This document shows positions 1-9,250 of a stretch of 37,846 nt of DNA, in pieces. Under the pieces are notes generated by a model. That model was given only the letters and a program-made list of their open reading frames with translations, did not search any database and was not told the DNA's origin. Position numbers and translations under genes: made by a program. Source of the DNA: Cyanobacteria bacterium P01_D01_bin.156 (GTDB lineage Bacteria; Cyanobacteriota; Cyanobacteriia; Phormidesmidales; Phormidesmidaceae); the NCBI GenBank assembly GCA_039024555.1, contig JBCCQQ010000061.1:1-37846 (forward strand), in the 5' to 3' direction. The stretch's first letter is position 1; each line of letters starts with the position of its first letter.

Positions 1-137
1 CGCAAACTCAATCAGCATCTGATGGACAGGTTTATTCGCAACTTAGACTTAGACGAGACTTTGATTAAATCACACCCCAACTATTCAAGCCTTTGTGACT
101 ACGGGGTTCTCGTCTCCTAATGCTGTCCGGAGTATTG
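1..137 (+). mobile_element. Right end of an IS: C-terminus of a DDE transposase (1-120) plus putative terminal inverted repeat (123-137)
   Basis: Frame 1 reads RKLNQHLMDRFIRNLDLDETLIKSHPNYSSLCDYGVLVS* (TAA 118-120), resembling C-termini of cyanobacterial IS4-like DDE transposases. It is followed by CTGTCCGGAGTATTG (reverse complement CAATACTCCGGACAG), which looks like an IR. Family is uncertain. Confidence 0.7.
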
Positions 138-147
138 ATAATAATAG

Positions 148-179
148 AGACCGAGGCATTGGTAACAATACCTCGGTCT
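148..179 (-). terminator. Hairpin downstream of ssb, probable terminator
   Basis: AGACCGAGGCATTG-GTAA-CAATACCTCGGTCT forms a 14-bp stem; its one mismatch is a G-U pair on the minus strand and an A/U-rich tail follows. Confidence 0.55.
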
Positions 180-392
180 GTTTCTGTATATGGGCCTAGG
201 AATAAGGGGTGGGTTAACTATAGTTCGTTTATCTACATCCTAATTCAACCCAAATTAGAGGGGTCAGCTAACAGTTGAACAAAGATATTTTGAATTTTTC
301 TTGAAGAAGATTGTGACGATAGAGAACTTATTGTAAAAGCTACAATTCTTGTTCAACAAACGATACATCTCTTTTCCGAGAACATACGGAGA

Positions 393-794
393 CTATACAG
401 GTACAGGTGTTGCTTGCTTAGCATTTTGAGAATTGTTATGAGAGTTGTCTTCAAGACCCCGCACTACATCCAAGTCAATATCGAGTACTTGCATGGTTAA
501 CCCGGCTTTTGGAGCACTGTCTGTTTTGGATACGTAGGGTGAGGGCTCTACACTGCCAGTACAAATAATCAACGATCCTTTTTTGAGAAAAGAAAGTTTG
601 CGCCAGGAGGCTGACCCTTCCCAAATACTTAACCGTACCGTGAATGAAGAATCGCGGTCTTTGACGCCACGGACATAAATAGTGGCCTCAGCTACTTTGG
701 TTTGACTGCCGTTGCGTAAATCAATGGTTTTCACAGCAGCGTCGGCAGCTAAGTTACCGCTAACGGTCCATTTGTTTAAGCCAGCACTGGACAT
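393..794 (-). CDS. ssb: Single-stranded DNA-binding protein paralog (OB fold, 133 aa, no acidic DDIPF tail)
   Basis: LNKWTVSGNLAADA...IWEG...LKKGSLIICTGSV matches the SSB pattern. The start is moved from 923 to ATG 794, which has AAGGA upstream. Confidence 0.8.
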   Translation of the reverse strand: MSSAGLNKWTVSGNLAADAAVKTIDLRNGSQTKVAEATIYVRGVKDRDSSFTVRLSIWEGSASWRKLSFLKKGSLIICTGSVEPSPYVSKTDSAPKAGLTMQVLDIDLDVVRGLEDNSHNNSQNAKQATPVPV

Positions 795-983
795 GGTTGA
801 TTTCCTTGAGATGTCTAGAGAGATTGCTTGTGCACATGGCTGTATAAGGAATCTCTGGAACCTTAACCATATGCACCATGGGCAGTTGCTATGGCAACTA
901 CCTAGTATTCTCAAGATTCCCAAGTCAGCGATTTCTGTCGATATTGCTTAAAAATCAGCAAATATTTTTTTAAAATGTTCGCT

Positions 984-1019
984 TGCCCAGGTTGTGACAA
1001 TGCAGTCACAACTTGGGCA
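984..1019. terminator. 15-bp hairpin between glgA and ssb, likely glgA or bidirectional terminator
   Basis: TGCCCAGGTTGTGAC-AATGCA-GTCACAACTTGGGCA. Confidence 0.55.
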
Positions 1020-1085
1020 GCTTTGGCCCCGTAGCCAGCGATAGGGCTTCACCAGTAAACCTGTTTGAAGCTGCCTTCTGCCAGG

Positions 1086-2561
1086 CTATTGATGACGAAT
1101 TGAATCGTAAATCTTTATGTATTGCTGACCGGGAAGATTCCAGGAATAGTCACATGCCATTCCTTGACGTTGCAGTTGGTGGAAGCTTTCCCGCTCTGTG
1201 TACCAAAGATCGAGGGCTCGGTCTAGTGCTGACTCTAAAGCATAGTTATCAGACTGGTAGAAAACGTAACCATTACGTTTTTCGGGTGGTTTGTTTTCGT
1301 CGTAGTCGATATCAAAGACGGTATCTACGAGACCCCCTACGCCTCGTACGATTGGAACTGTACCGTACTTAAAGCTAATTAACTGAGTGAGGCCACAGGG
1401 TTCAAAATTACTAGGGACCACAATCATGTCTGCACCAGCATAGATTAGATGGGACAGCTCTTCGTTAAAGCCCAGCTCCAAATGACAGTTGGGATTATCA
1501 TTCTGATGTGCTTTTTCGTATTGAAAATGGTCGCTGATGCTGGCACTAGTCGCTGAGCCGAGCAGAACAAATTGGGCACCGCGGTCTAGGGCTCGATACA
1601 TGGCATGGTGGACCAAATGTACGCCCTTTTGCTCATCTAGGCGACCGATAAAGGCTACTAAAGGCTTATCATCATGACCCAACATCAAACGCTCTCGAAG
1701 CGCTTTCTTGTTATAGATCTTTTGCTCTAGAGTATCCGGTCCATAGGGTTCAGGAATGTAGGTGTCAACCTTGGGGTTCCAGAGGTTGTAGTCAATACCA
1801 TTGAGTACCCCTGTAAATTTGTGCTGGTTAACGTGAAGCGTGTGGCCTAAACCGTATCCAAAATCACCGTGGTGAGCTTCCCAAGCATGGTGAGGCGAAA
1901 CGGTGGTAACGGCATTGGAGTAAACAATACCCCCCTTCATATAGTTCAAAGCAAAGGGGTTGAAGTTGTCCTGTAGACGTTCATGGTTGAAATAGTAGGG
2001 CGCGCGGTTGAGGCCAGTAGCCCAAAGAACGTCTGTACCAGCGCTACCCTGATGTTTGAAATTATGGATGGTGTAGCACACTCGCTGGTGTTCCATACCG
2101 TGATACTTGTAGATTTCAAAAAGCATCACAGGGATAAGACCCGTTTGCCAATCATGGCAGTGGATAACGTCTGGGCGCTTATTGCTTTGCTGTAGAAACT
2201 CCAAGGCTGCTTTACTAAAGAAAGCAAAGCGCATGGGGTCATCATCACAGCCGTAATACTTGCCTCTGCGGAACCAGTTGTCCTTGTCATGAGGTTCTAT
2301 AAAGAAGCATAGGCGACCGTGAACCCAACCGCAGTGGACGTCGCAGAGTACCTCTGAACCGTACCAAGGCACCTTTAAGTCGCGGTACGCATCATGGAGC
2401 CCCCAAATATGGTCGTATCGCATGCAGTCGTATTTGGGTAGAATCAGCTCTACCGTATGGCCCCGTAGCTCTAGTTCACGACTCAGACCGTAGACGACAT
2501 CCCCTAAACCCCCAGCTTTAATCACTGGTGCGCATTCAGAGGCGATTTGTACGATATACAT
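1086..2561 (-). CDS. glgA: Glycogen synthase (cyanobacterial GlgA2 type)
   Basis: N-terminus MYIVQIASECAPVIKAGGLGDV carries the KxGGL motif; HCHDWQT and PSNFEPCGLTQL are GT5 motifs. Confidence 0.97.
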   Translation of the reverse strand: MYIVQIASECAPVIKAGGLGDVVYGLSRELELRGHTVELILPKYDCMRYDHIWGLHDAYRDLKVPWYGSEVLCDVHCGWVHGRLCFFIEPHDKDNWFRRGKYYGCDDDPMRFAFFSKAALEFLQQSNKRPDVIHCHDWQTGLIPVMLFEIYKYHGMEHQRVCYTIHNFKHQGSAGTDVLWATGLNRAPYYFNHERLQDNFNPFALNYMKGGIVYSNAVTTVSPHHAWEAHHGDFGYGLGHTLHVNQHKFTGVLNGIDYNLWNPKVDTYIPEPYGPDTLEQKIYNKKALRERLMLGHDDKPLVAFIGRLDEQKGVHLVHHAMYRALDRGAQFVLLGSATSASISDHFQYEKAHQNDNPNCHLELGFNEELSHLIYAGADMIVVPSNFEPCGLTQLISFKYGTVPIVRGVGGLVDTVFDIDYDENKPPEKRNGYVFYQSDNYALESALDRALDLWYTERESFHQLQRQGMACDYSWNLPGQQYIKIYDSIRHQ

Positions 2562-3216
2562 GCTGACCCCTCACTGCTTGTAAAAATGGATTCTTAATGT
2601 AATTGCTGCTGCCTCCTTGGATGTAAGCCTCAACTACAAAACACCTCAAAAGGCTTTAGCCCTATGTAGAAGCGATAGCTCAGGATTCATCCTGTAGGGA
2701 GACAACCGCTTAAGTTGCATCGCTTAGTTGAAACAAATGCACTATATTTCTAAGCATTTATCCCTATTAAATAGCCATTGTATAGAAACATGAAGTTCTG
2801 AGCAAAGAAACTGTCAAGAGCACTGGTAGAAGAAGCTTGCCTCAGTTTTGTAAGCGCTGAACTTCGTAGGGCTATCTTTAGTAAAAGCAGGGTTCTGGAT
2901 AGTTAATGGTATCCATCCATAGACTGTGGAAGAGAGTAGCTATGTGAGATAAAAACCATTTTCTACTGCTGGCTGAATATAACCAATGGATGAACAGCAA
3001 GATCTAGAAAGTGTGTCTGGACTGAAAAACAATCGGGATTAGTGTTCTTCTTCCTATGTGTTGCAATCCTGGATCAAAATCTGAGTGCTATTATTGAGCT
3101 CTAGTTATAAGAGCTTGACAATTTTCTAAATCAGTAGATGAGTTCTGGGTTGTTTGCAATGAGAATCCCAGAGTTAAGTGCAGTAGGTTTTTGATGTTGC
3201 TGATATTTGAGATGGT

Positions 3217-3232
3217 TGTATCTGGCAGTACA
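3217..3232 (+). promoter_or_regulatory. NtcA-binding site upstream of amt
   Basis: TGTA-TCTGGCAG-TACA is a perfect GTA-N8-TAC about 110 nt before amt, a classic NtcA target. Confidence 0.65.
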
Positions 3233-3341
3233 GCTAGTTGTATCAACCATCTCATTCTCTAGAATTATCAACGGTTATTTTCTCTGTAGTTGTATTTATC
3301 CCATCAATGTGTAGGCGGGAAAAATTGACAACAGGTATTGC

Positions 3342-4703
3342 ATGGGTGGAGTGCTACTGTTTATGCGACTTCTGAAGGTTTGCTCTAAATCGCTATTAGT
3401 TTTGGGATTGGGCACTTGTCTGGCTTTGTTGTGTCTGTCATCAAGTGCTTTTGCTCAGCCTCTAACTGCCGGTGAGGTCCAAGCAGTTTTGGATAATATC
3501 TGGGTAATTATTGCGGCGGTTCTAGTCATTTTTATGAATGCTGGATTTGCCATGGTGGAGACTGGATTTTGTCGGCGGAAAAATTCGATTAATATTCTGT
3601 CAAAAAATTTGATTGTTTTTGCTTGTGCATCGCTAGCATTTTGGGCGGTTGGGTTTGCCTGGATGTTTGGGGAAGGGAACCCATTGATTGGAATTGCTCC
3701 CTTATTTGTATCTGGTAGTGCGAATGATTATGGCTTGGGTGATAGTACGTTAACCATACCCACCTTCTTTTTATTCCAGGCCGCATTTGCAGGAACAGCG
3801 GCGACCATCGTTTCAGGGGTTGTGGCAGAGCGAATTCGGTTTCGGGCGTTTATCATCTTTAGTGTTTTACTGTCTGGTATTGCCTATCCGATTACGGGCC
3901 ATTGGGTTTGGGGAAATGGTTGGCTAGGCTCTTTAGGATTTATTGATTTTGCAGGTTCTACAGTTGTCCATTCGGTCGGTGGCTGGGCGGCGTTGTTGGG
4001 TGCTGTTGTTTTAGGCCCCCGCTTGAATCGATATCAATTTGGCAACTCTCTTACTCCAATGCCAGGGCATAATTTGAGCCTGGCAATGCTTGGCTGCATG
4101 ATCCTATGGATTGGTTGGTTTGGGTTTAATCCAGGGTCGGCATTGGCTGCAGATTTGAGTGTTCCGTATATAGCTGTGACAACAAATCTAGCGGCTGCTG
4201 CGGGTTTAGTCAGTGGTTTATTGATTTCACAAGTTCGCTTTGGTAATCCTGATTTATCCATTGCTATTAATGGCGTACTGGGTGGACTTGTTGCTATCAC
4301 AGCCAGCTGTGATTCTGTAAGCTATACCAGTGCGGTTATCATTGGCGGTATCGCTGGTGTCTTGATTGTTTTTGCAGTCAACCTTTTTGATCTGCTCAAG
4401 ATTGACGATCCGGTTGGTGCGCTCTCCGTACACCTGGTCTGTGGTATCTGGGGAACGTTGGCGGTAGGTATTTTTTCTCAGTCAGCCAGCTTTATGCAAT
4501 TTGTTATTCAGTTAATTGGGGTTGTTGTCATTGGAGTGTTTACCTTAATTTTGAGTGGTCTGTTTTGGTGGATGCTGAAAAGCCTAGGTGGAATTCGAGT
4601 CCTACCTGAGCAGGAAGAGTTAGGTTTGGATCTCAGTGAGCATGCAAGTTTTGCCTATTATGGATTCTTGGGTGATCAGTCAACTCAAGCTACCCATGAG
4701 TAA
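3342..4703 (+). CDS. amt: Ammonium transporter (Amt family)
   Basis: [37 protein letters not shown] and [10 protein letters not shown] motifs with both pore histidines. Alternative start at 3363. Confidence 0.97.
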   Translation: MGGVLLFMRLLKVCSKSLLVLGLGTCLALLCLSSSAFAQPLTAGEVQAVLDNIWVIIAAVLVIFMNAGFAMVETGFCRRKNSINILSKNLIVFACASLAFWAVGFAWMFGEGNPLIGIAPLFVSGSANDYGLGDSTLTIPTFFLFQAAFAGTAATIVSGVVAERIRFRAFIIFSVLLSGIAYPITGHWVWGNGWLGSLGFIDFAGSTVVHSVGGWAALLGAVVLGPRLNRYQFGNSLTPMPGHNLSLAMLGCMILWIGWFGFNPGSALAADLSVPYIAVTTNLAAAAGLVSGLLISQVRFGNPDLSIAINGVLGGLVAITASCDSVSYTSAVIIGGIAGVLIVFAVNLFDLLKIDDPVGALSVHLVCGIWGTLAVGIFSQSASFMQFVIQLIGVVVIGVFTLILSGLFWWMLKSLGGIRVLPEQEELGLDLSEHASFAYYGFLGDQSTQATHE

Positions 4704-4991
4704 TATTGTTGTTTTGTAACAGAAGCCTGGAAAGTCTTTACGAAGAATTCGAAAATAATGGAAGAATACCTGCGTTAGCACAATAAAAACCCATGTTATC
4801 GAGATTGGCACATATTGTTGTTAATGCCATATCAGTGCAATTGCTGAATGCCTGATAGCCACTTGATGTTGTGTATAGAATACCTCTCATTACTTTTGCT
4901 TAGCTTTATCTGCAAACCCTTAGTTTCCTGGGTGTTTGAATAGAGCGTTGTTGGTTTAATGCAATAAGAGTACTTTAAATAAGTGTTAGAT

Positions 4992-5174
4992 ATGCAAACA
5001 ACTAAGCAAATCCTTCGGCAAGGTAACGTTTCTCCAACTCTGTGGCAATCTCTGAGTATTAAACAACAGGAAGTTGTAAAAGCTGGTACACAAGGCTCTC
5101 TGTCAGATAACAGTTCTTTGTATGGTCGAGGCCGTTATCCTTACCCTCCACTTCCCCCTTTCCTACGTGGATAA
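4992..5174 (+). CDS. Small peptide (60 aa) with a double-glycine-type leader; putative bacteriocin/RiPP precursor
   Basis: LSIKQQEVVKAG aligns with L(-12)S(-11)...V(-4)xGG. TAGAAT lies upstream and a terminator hairpin downstream. Confidence 0.55.
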   Translation: MQTTKQILRQGNVSPTLWQSLSIKQQEVVKAGTQGSLSDNSSLYGRGRYPYPPLPPFLRG

Positions 5175-5244
5175 TATAGTTTATATGACACCGATTTGAG
5201 TGTTGTTTAAGGTGTGACTGAGTTTCACGAATCTATATGCTACG

Positions 5245-5283
5245 CAACCTGCGGAATGTATTTCGTAGGTTGTTTAGCTTTCT
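5245..5283 (+). terminator. Rho-independent terminator-like hairpin after the peptide gene
   Basis: CAACCTGCGGAA-TGTA-TTTCGTAGGTTG with G-U pairs on the + strand, followed by TTTAGCTTTCT. Confidence 0.5.
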
Positions 5284-5426
5284 ATTCAAATAACAATATC
5301 TGTAAGCTGATTTTTAATCGTTTATTTTGCTCGTTGAATATTTGGGGGAGATTCAACGTTTATCTGCAGAGTAGTAGGGAAATCTGGTTGTGGCTGGTTA
5401 GGATATTGCCTGCTAAAACAAATGTC

Positions 5427-6263
5427 TTAGATTGTGTTTAACCAGGCGTGAAGGCAGTTTGCGATCGCATTAGCTTCACGCCTCGGTAGGTCCTCTTGCC
5501 CAGGTAGTGCTTTCACTAAAGCATTGGGAGTAGCCATAGTAAATTTCTGAGTTAGGTATTGACTCGTTGTTCCTGCCCCTTGCCCATGAACAACCATCAT
5601 AGGGATGGGTAAAATTGCCAATTGTTGGCCGATGATTTCTGCTTCTAAAGCCTTTCGACTGCGCTTAAACAATAGGCGACAAGCTGCAGGATGCTGCTTA
5701 AGTAACCGCCGTAGGTGATGTTTTTGTTGCCAAGCGGCTCTACTTTGGAGTATTGATTTGTGAGACAGCAGCTGCGTAATTGATAACCATACACCACCTA
5801 GTGGGCTGGCCAACCAACGCTCTCGTTGCCAACGCTTGGGCTCGTAGACAATGCCTTCCGGTTCAAACACACAGAGTCCTCTCACCTGTTCTGAGTGTTT
5901 GAGAGCATAGCGGGCAGCAATCCAAGCCCCCAATGAGTGACCTACTAAGACGACAGAGTTGAGTCGTAGGGAGCTTAACAGTTCCGCAAGCGTATTCACC
6001 TGCATTGCAATAGAATAGGCGGACTTCTCAGGTAGCTGATCGGATTCGCCAAAGCCTATTAAATCTGGTGCTAGGCAATGGTAATGCTCACCCATGAGAG
6101 ATAATACGCTGGTCCATTGGTCACCATCACACCAAGAGCCATGGAGAAAAATCACTGTGGTACCGCGCCCCACTTCCCGCCAAAATAGTTTTGTATGTTT
6201 GAGCTGGCGACGTAGGTTACGGATAGGTATTTGGCCTGCCTTAGGCCAAAACAGTGGCTCCAT
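5427..6263 (-). CDS. Alpha/beta fold hydrolase
   Basis: IFLHGSW, APDLIGFGES and the GHSLG nucleophile elbow; overlaps the NUDIX stop region by 23 nt. Confidence 0.9.
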   Translation of the reverse strand: MEPLFWPKAGQIPIRNLRRQLKHTKLFWREVGRGTTVIFLHGSWCDGDQWTSVLSLMGEHYHCLAPDLIGFGESDQLPEKSAYSIAMQVNTLAELLSSLRLNSVVLVGHSLGAWIAARYALKHSEQVRGLCVFEPEGIVYEPKRWQRERWLASPLGGVWLSITQLLSHKSILQSRAAWQQKHHLRRLLKQHPAACRLLFKRSRKALEAEIIGQQLAILPIPMMVVHGQGAGTTSQYLTQKFTMATPNALVKALPGQEDLPRREANAIANCLHAWLNTI

Positions 6264-6696
6264 TAAAGTAGTCCTGTAGCTGTTGATCGTGATCGTGGGC
6301 TAGGTTACCACGAGGTATTGTATCTAGTGCGAAAGCCTCGATTCTCATAACCTCAGCTTTATCCCGAATAGAAAAGCGACCATCTACGTAGGCTTCTAAG
6401 GCAACACAGGCAGAATGGAAACGGGGATCTCGCTCTGGATGAGAATATACACCGACCAAGCGCCCTACACTAAGAACGTCCAAGCCTGTTTCTTCCAGGA
6501 GTTCTCGCTTAGCGGCTGTGGCGATATCTTCACCCCAGTCTACTAACCCTCCTGGTAGCCCCCAACGCCCACTGTCACGGCGCTGGATGAGAACAATACG
6601 GCCATCGGGTAAAACGGGAATGACGCAAGTGCCAATGAGGGGTCGCTTAAGGATTAAAGCTAAGAGGGTACGCGCCGGTCGCCAAAATTGTGGCAT
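6241..6696 (-). CDS. NUDIX hydrolase
   Basis: Nudix box GGLVDWGEDIATAAKRELLEETGL; RDPR motif. Confidence 0.95.
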   Translation of the reverse strand: MPQFWRPARTLLALILKRPLIGTCVIPVLPDGRIVLIQRRDSGRWGLPGGLVDWGEDIATAAKRELLEETGLDVLSVGRLVGVYSHPERDPRFHSACVALEAYVDGRFSIRDKAEVMRIEAFALDTIPRGNLAHDHDQQLQDYFNGATVLA

Positions 6697-6699
6697 GGG

Positions 6700-7164
6700 T
6701 TATAGCTCGTCTAAATCAGCAAGAAGTTCAACTGGATGTTTTTCAGCCTTGACCTTTCGATAGATTTTTTCAAGAGTACCGTCCGGGCCAATCACAAAGG
6801 TACTCCGATTAATACCCATGTACTCTTTGCCCATAAACTTTTTGAGACCGTAGCTGCCGTAGGCGGTTGCTACTTTAGCGTCTTCGTCTATGAGTAAGGG
6901 GAATGGCAAATCGTGCTTGTTAATAAACTTTTGATGGGATTTAGCATCATCGGCACTAACGCCGAGGACTACAACCTCCTTGGCTTGGTAGGCACCGTAG
7001 TTATCTCGAAAAGCACAGGCTTCTTTGGTGCACCCAGGTGTGTTGTCACGAGGATAAAAGTAAAGAACCACACGCTTGCCTTTTAGGCCGGTCAGGCTAA
7101 CAGTATTCCCATCTGCATCAGTCAAACTAAATTCGGGGGCCAGATCGCCAACTTGCAATGTCAT
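6700..7164 (-). CDS. bcp: Peroxiredoxin Q / thioredoxin-dependent thiol peroxidase
   Basis: YFYPRDNTPGCTKEAC motif. Start reassigned to ATG 7164 (MTLQVGDLAPEF). Confidence 0.95.
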   Translation of the reverse strand: MTLQVGDLAPEFSLTDADGNTVSLTGLKGKRVVLYFYPRDNTPGCTKEACAFRDNYGAYQAKEVVVLGVSADDAKSHQKFINKHDLPFPLLIDEDAKVATAYGSYGLKKFMGKEYMGINRSTFVIGPDGTLEKIYRKVKAEKHPVELLADLDEL

Positions 7165-7243
7165 TGATTCTTTAGGGGGGGTGCCAAAATTTGCCCCTAA
7201 ATTGTATACCTTTGAGATCGTGCTGACCCGCCATTTCGCAACG

Positions 7244-7596
7244 ATGAAAATTCTGCAAATGGTGATTTGCAATGAGCTGATGCTCAAAATTTCCCAGGTG
7301 ATTATGCTGGCCGAACGGCCGCTTACAGAGCCTTTAGCTAATCAGCTGCATCAGGTCATGTATTTCTAGAGGAGCATGTTCAGGAACTCTACTTTGATGG
7401 TGAAGTCCTGAATTTGGCTGATATCGTTGCAGGTGCAACTATTCCACTGTTTCAGCGGTTGGGGTTTTCATTAGCGCCCTACCCAGTCCTCAGTGGCTGG
7501 TGTCAGACAATCGCAGCGCGACCGGCTTCGCAACTGTCCAGCCCTAGTGATAGGGAACTAGAGATGTGGCGACAGGTGGCGCAACGTTTGATGTGA
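7244..7596 (+). pseudogene. Frameshifted, N-terminally truncated glutathione S-transferase remnant
   Basis: MKILQMVICNELMLKI...QVMYF, then a frameshift near 7366, then LEEHVQELYFDGEVLNLADIVAGATIPLFQRLG...WCQTIAARPA, which carries the GST C-terminal N-capping LAD motif. No thioredoxin-like N-domain. Confidence 0.7.
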
Positions 7597-7663
7597 GTGA
7601 GTCAAAAACGACGGCAGCGGTAATCAAGATAGAGCGGGGGATGTGAGAATTTACTGCTGAGAA

Positions 7664-9148
7664 CTATGGCAAATCGGTATGGCCCATAAGGTAGCGATCG
7701 CACTCCCGTGCCACGCCACGGCCTTCATTAATAGCCCACACCACTAGACTTTGGCCCCGGCGGCAGTCCCCGGCAGCAAAGACTCCAGGCACGCTAGTGA
7801 TGTACTGGCTGTAGTCTGCCTGAATATTGCTACGGCCATCTTGCTCCAGACCCAGAGCATCAATGATCGGCTGCTCTGGTCCTAGGAAGCCCATGGCTAA
7901 TAAAACCAGCTGTGCTGGAATCAATCGCTCTGAACCAGCAATCTTTTGCATCTGGAAACGGCCATTCTCATCCTTTTCCCAAGCGATATCGACTATTTCG
8001 ATGGCCTTGACTTGGCCATTCTCATCCATCTCAAACTTATTAGCTGTGGATAGATATGCGCGTGGATCATTGCCAAACTTAGCTGCAGCTTCTTCCTGAC
8101 CGTAGTCCATGCGATAAATCTTGGGCCATTCGGGCCAGGGATTATTGGAGGCTCGCTCCGTAGGTGGTTTGGGCATGATTTCTAGCTGGGTCACACTGTT
8201 GCAACCATGGCGGATGGAGGTACCTACACAGTCTGTTCCTGTATCACCGCCGCCGATAATTACCACATCCTTGCCAGTAGCGGAGATCACCTGGTCGTTC
8301 ACCCTAGGGTCAATGACTGCCTGGGTGTTTTTGGTCAAAAACTCCATGGCAAAGTGGATGCCCTGAGAGTCCCGTCCTTCAATGGGCAAATCTCGCGGAC
8401 GTGTTGCACCTGTACAGAGAACCACCGCATCATATTCTTTGACCAATTGGTCAGCGGGTAAATCCTTGCCAATTTCCGTATTACAGATAAACCGAATACC
8501 CTCCTGCTCCATCAGCTGGAGGCGGCGTAGAACCACGGCCTCTTTTTCCAGCTTCATGTTAGGAATGCCGTACATCAGCAAACCGCCAGGTCGATCGGCG
8601 CGTTCGTAAACAGTGACTAGGTGACCGGCCTTATTTAGCTGGGCTGCTGCAGATAGACCAGCGGGGCCTGAGCCCACGACTGCCACGGTTTTGCCGGTAC
8701 GCTTTGCGGGAGGTTCCGCGACTATCCAGCCTTCTTCCCACCCCTTGTCGATAATGGCATGCTCGATATTTTTAATCGTGACGGGTGGATTGTGAATTCC
8801 CAAGACGCAGGCTCCTTCGCAGGGAGCAGGACACACTCGTCCTGTAAATTCAGGGAAGTTGTTGGTCTTATGCAGTCGATCCAACGCCTCTTTCCACAGG
8901 CCTCGATACACTAAGTCATTCCACTCAGGGATGAGATTGTTGATGGGGCAGCCACTAGCCATACGGTTGATGGTGTTGCCCGTATGACAAAAGGGAGTGC
9001 CACAGTCCATACAGCGCGCTGTTTGGTTGCGCAGTTTCTCATCTGTTAGGGGGGTATGAAACTCTTCCCAGTGTTTGATGCGCATTAACGGAGAAACATC
9101 CGGCGCACTTTCACGAGTGTATTCAAGAAAGCCTGTTGGTTTACCCAT
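7664..9148 (-). CDS. gltD: NADH-dependent glutamate synthase small subunit
   Basis: [37 protein letters not shown] and [16 protein letters not shown] motifs. Confidence 0.97.
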   Translation of the reverse strand: MGKPTGFLEYTRESAPDVSPLMRIKHWEEFHTPLTDEKLRNQTARCMDCGTPFCHTGNTINRMASGCPINNLIPEWNDLVYRGLWKEALDRLHKTNNFPEFTGRVCPAPCEGACVLGIHNPPVTIKNIEHAIIDKGWEEGWIVAEPPAKRTGKTVAVVGSGPAGLSAAAQLNKAGHLVTVYERADRPGGLLMYGIPNMKLEKEAVVLRRLQLMEQEGIRFICNTEIGKDLPADQLVKEYDAVVLCTGATRPRDLPIEGRDSQGIHFAMEFLTKNTQAVIDPRVNDQVISATGKDVVIIGGGDTGTDCVGTSIRHGCNSVTQLEIMPKPPTERASNNPWPEWPKIYRMDYGQEEAAAKFGNDPRAYLSTANKFEMDENGQVKAIEIVDIAWEKDENGRFQMQKIAGSERLIPAQLVLLAMGFLGPEQPIIDALGLEQDGRSNIQADYSQYITSVPGVFAAGDCRRGQSLVVWAINEGRGVARECDRYLMGHTDLP

Positions 9149-9187
9149 GGAAGAAATTGTGAATTGCTTGTGTGAATTTCAAATCTT

Positions 9188-9244
9188 GTAGAGTGGGCAG
9201 TGCCCACCAAAACATCGAGAGACGGTGGGCACTGCCCACCCTAC
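9188..9244. repeat. Inverted doublet of GTAG-type REP palindromes (REPIN-like)
   Basis: GTAGAGTGGGCAGTGCCCACC (9188-9208), a 15-nt spacer, then GGTGGGCACTGCCCACCCTAC (9224-9244). Confidence 0.8.
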
Positions 9245-9250
9245 GGAGTG

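Noticed and set aside
795..923. 43-aa N-terminal extension of SSB in the ORF track
   Set aside because: It is not SSB-like, ATG 794 has its own RBS, and the region is better explained as a structured leader.
2622..2638. TGTA...TACA upstream of glgA as an NtcA site
   Set aside because: The spacer is 9 nt, not 8.
5214..5441. 75-aa ORF after the peptide gene as an immunity protein
   Set aside because: It runs through the terminator hairpin, has low-information AT-rich composition and shows no recognisable motif.
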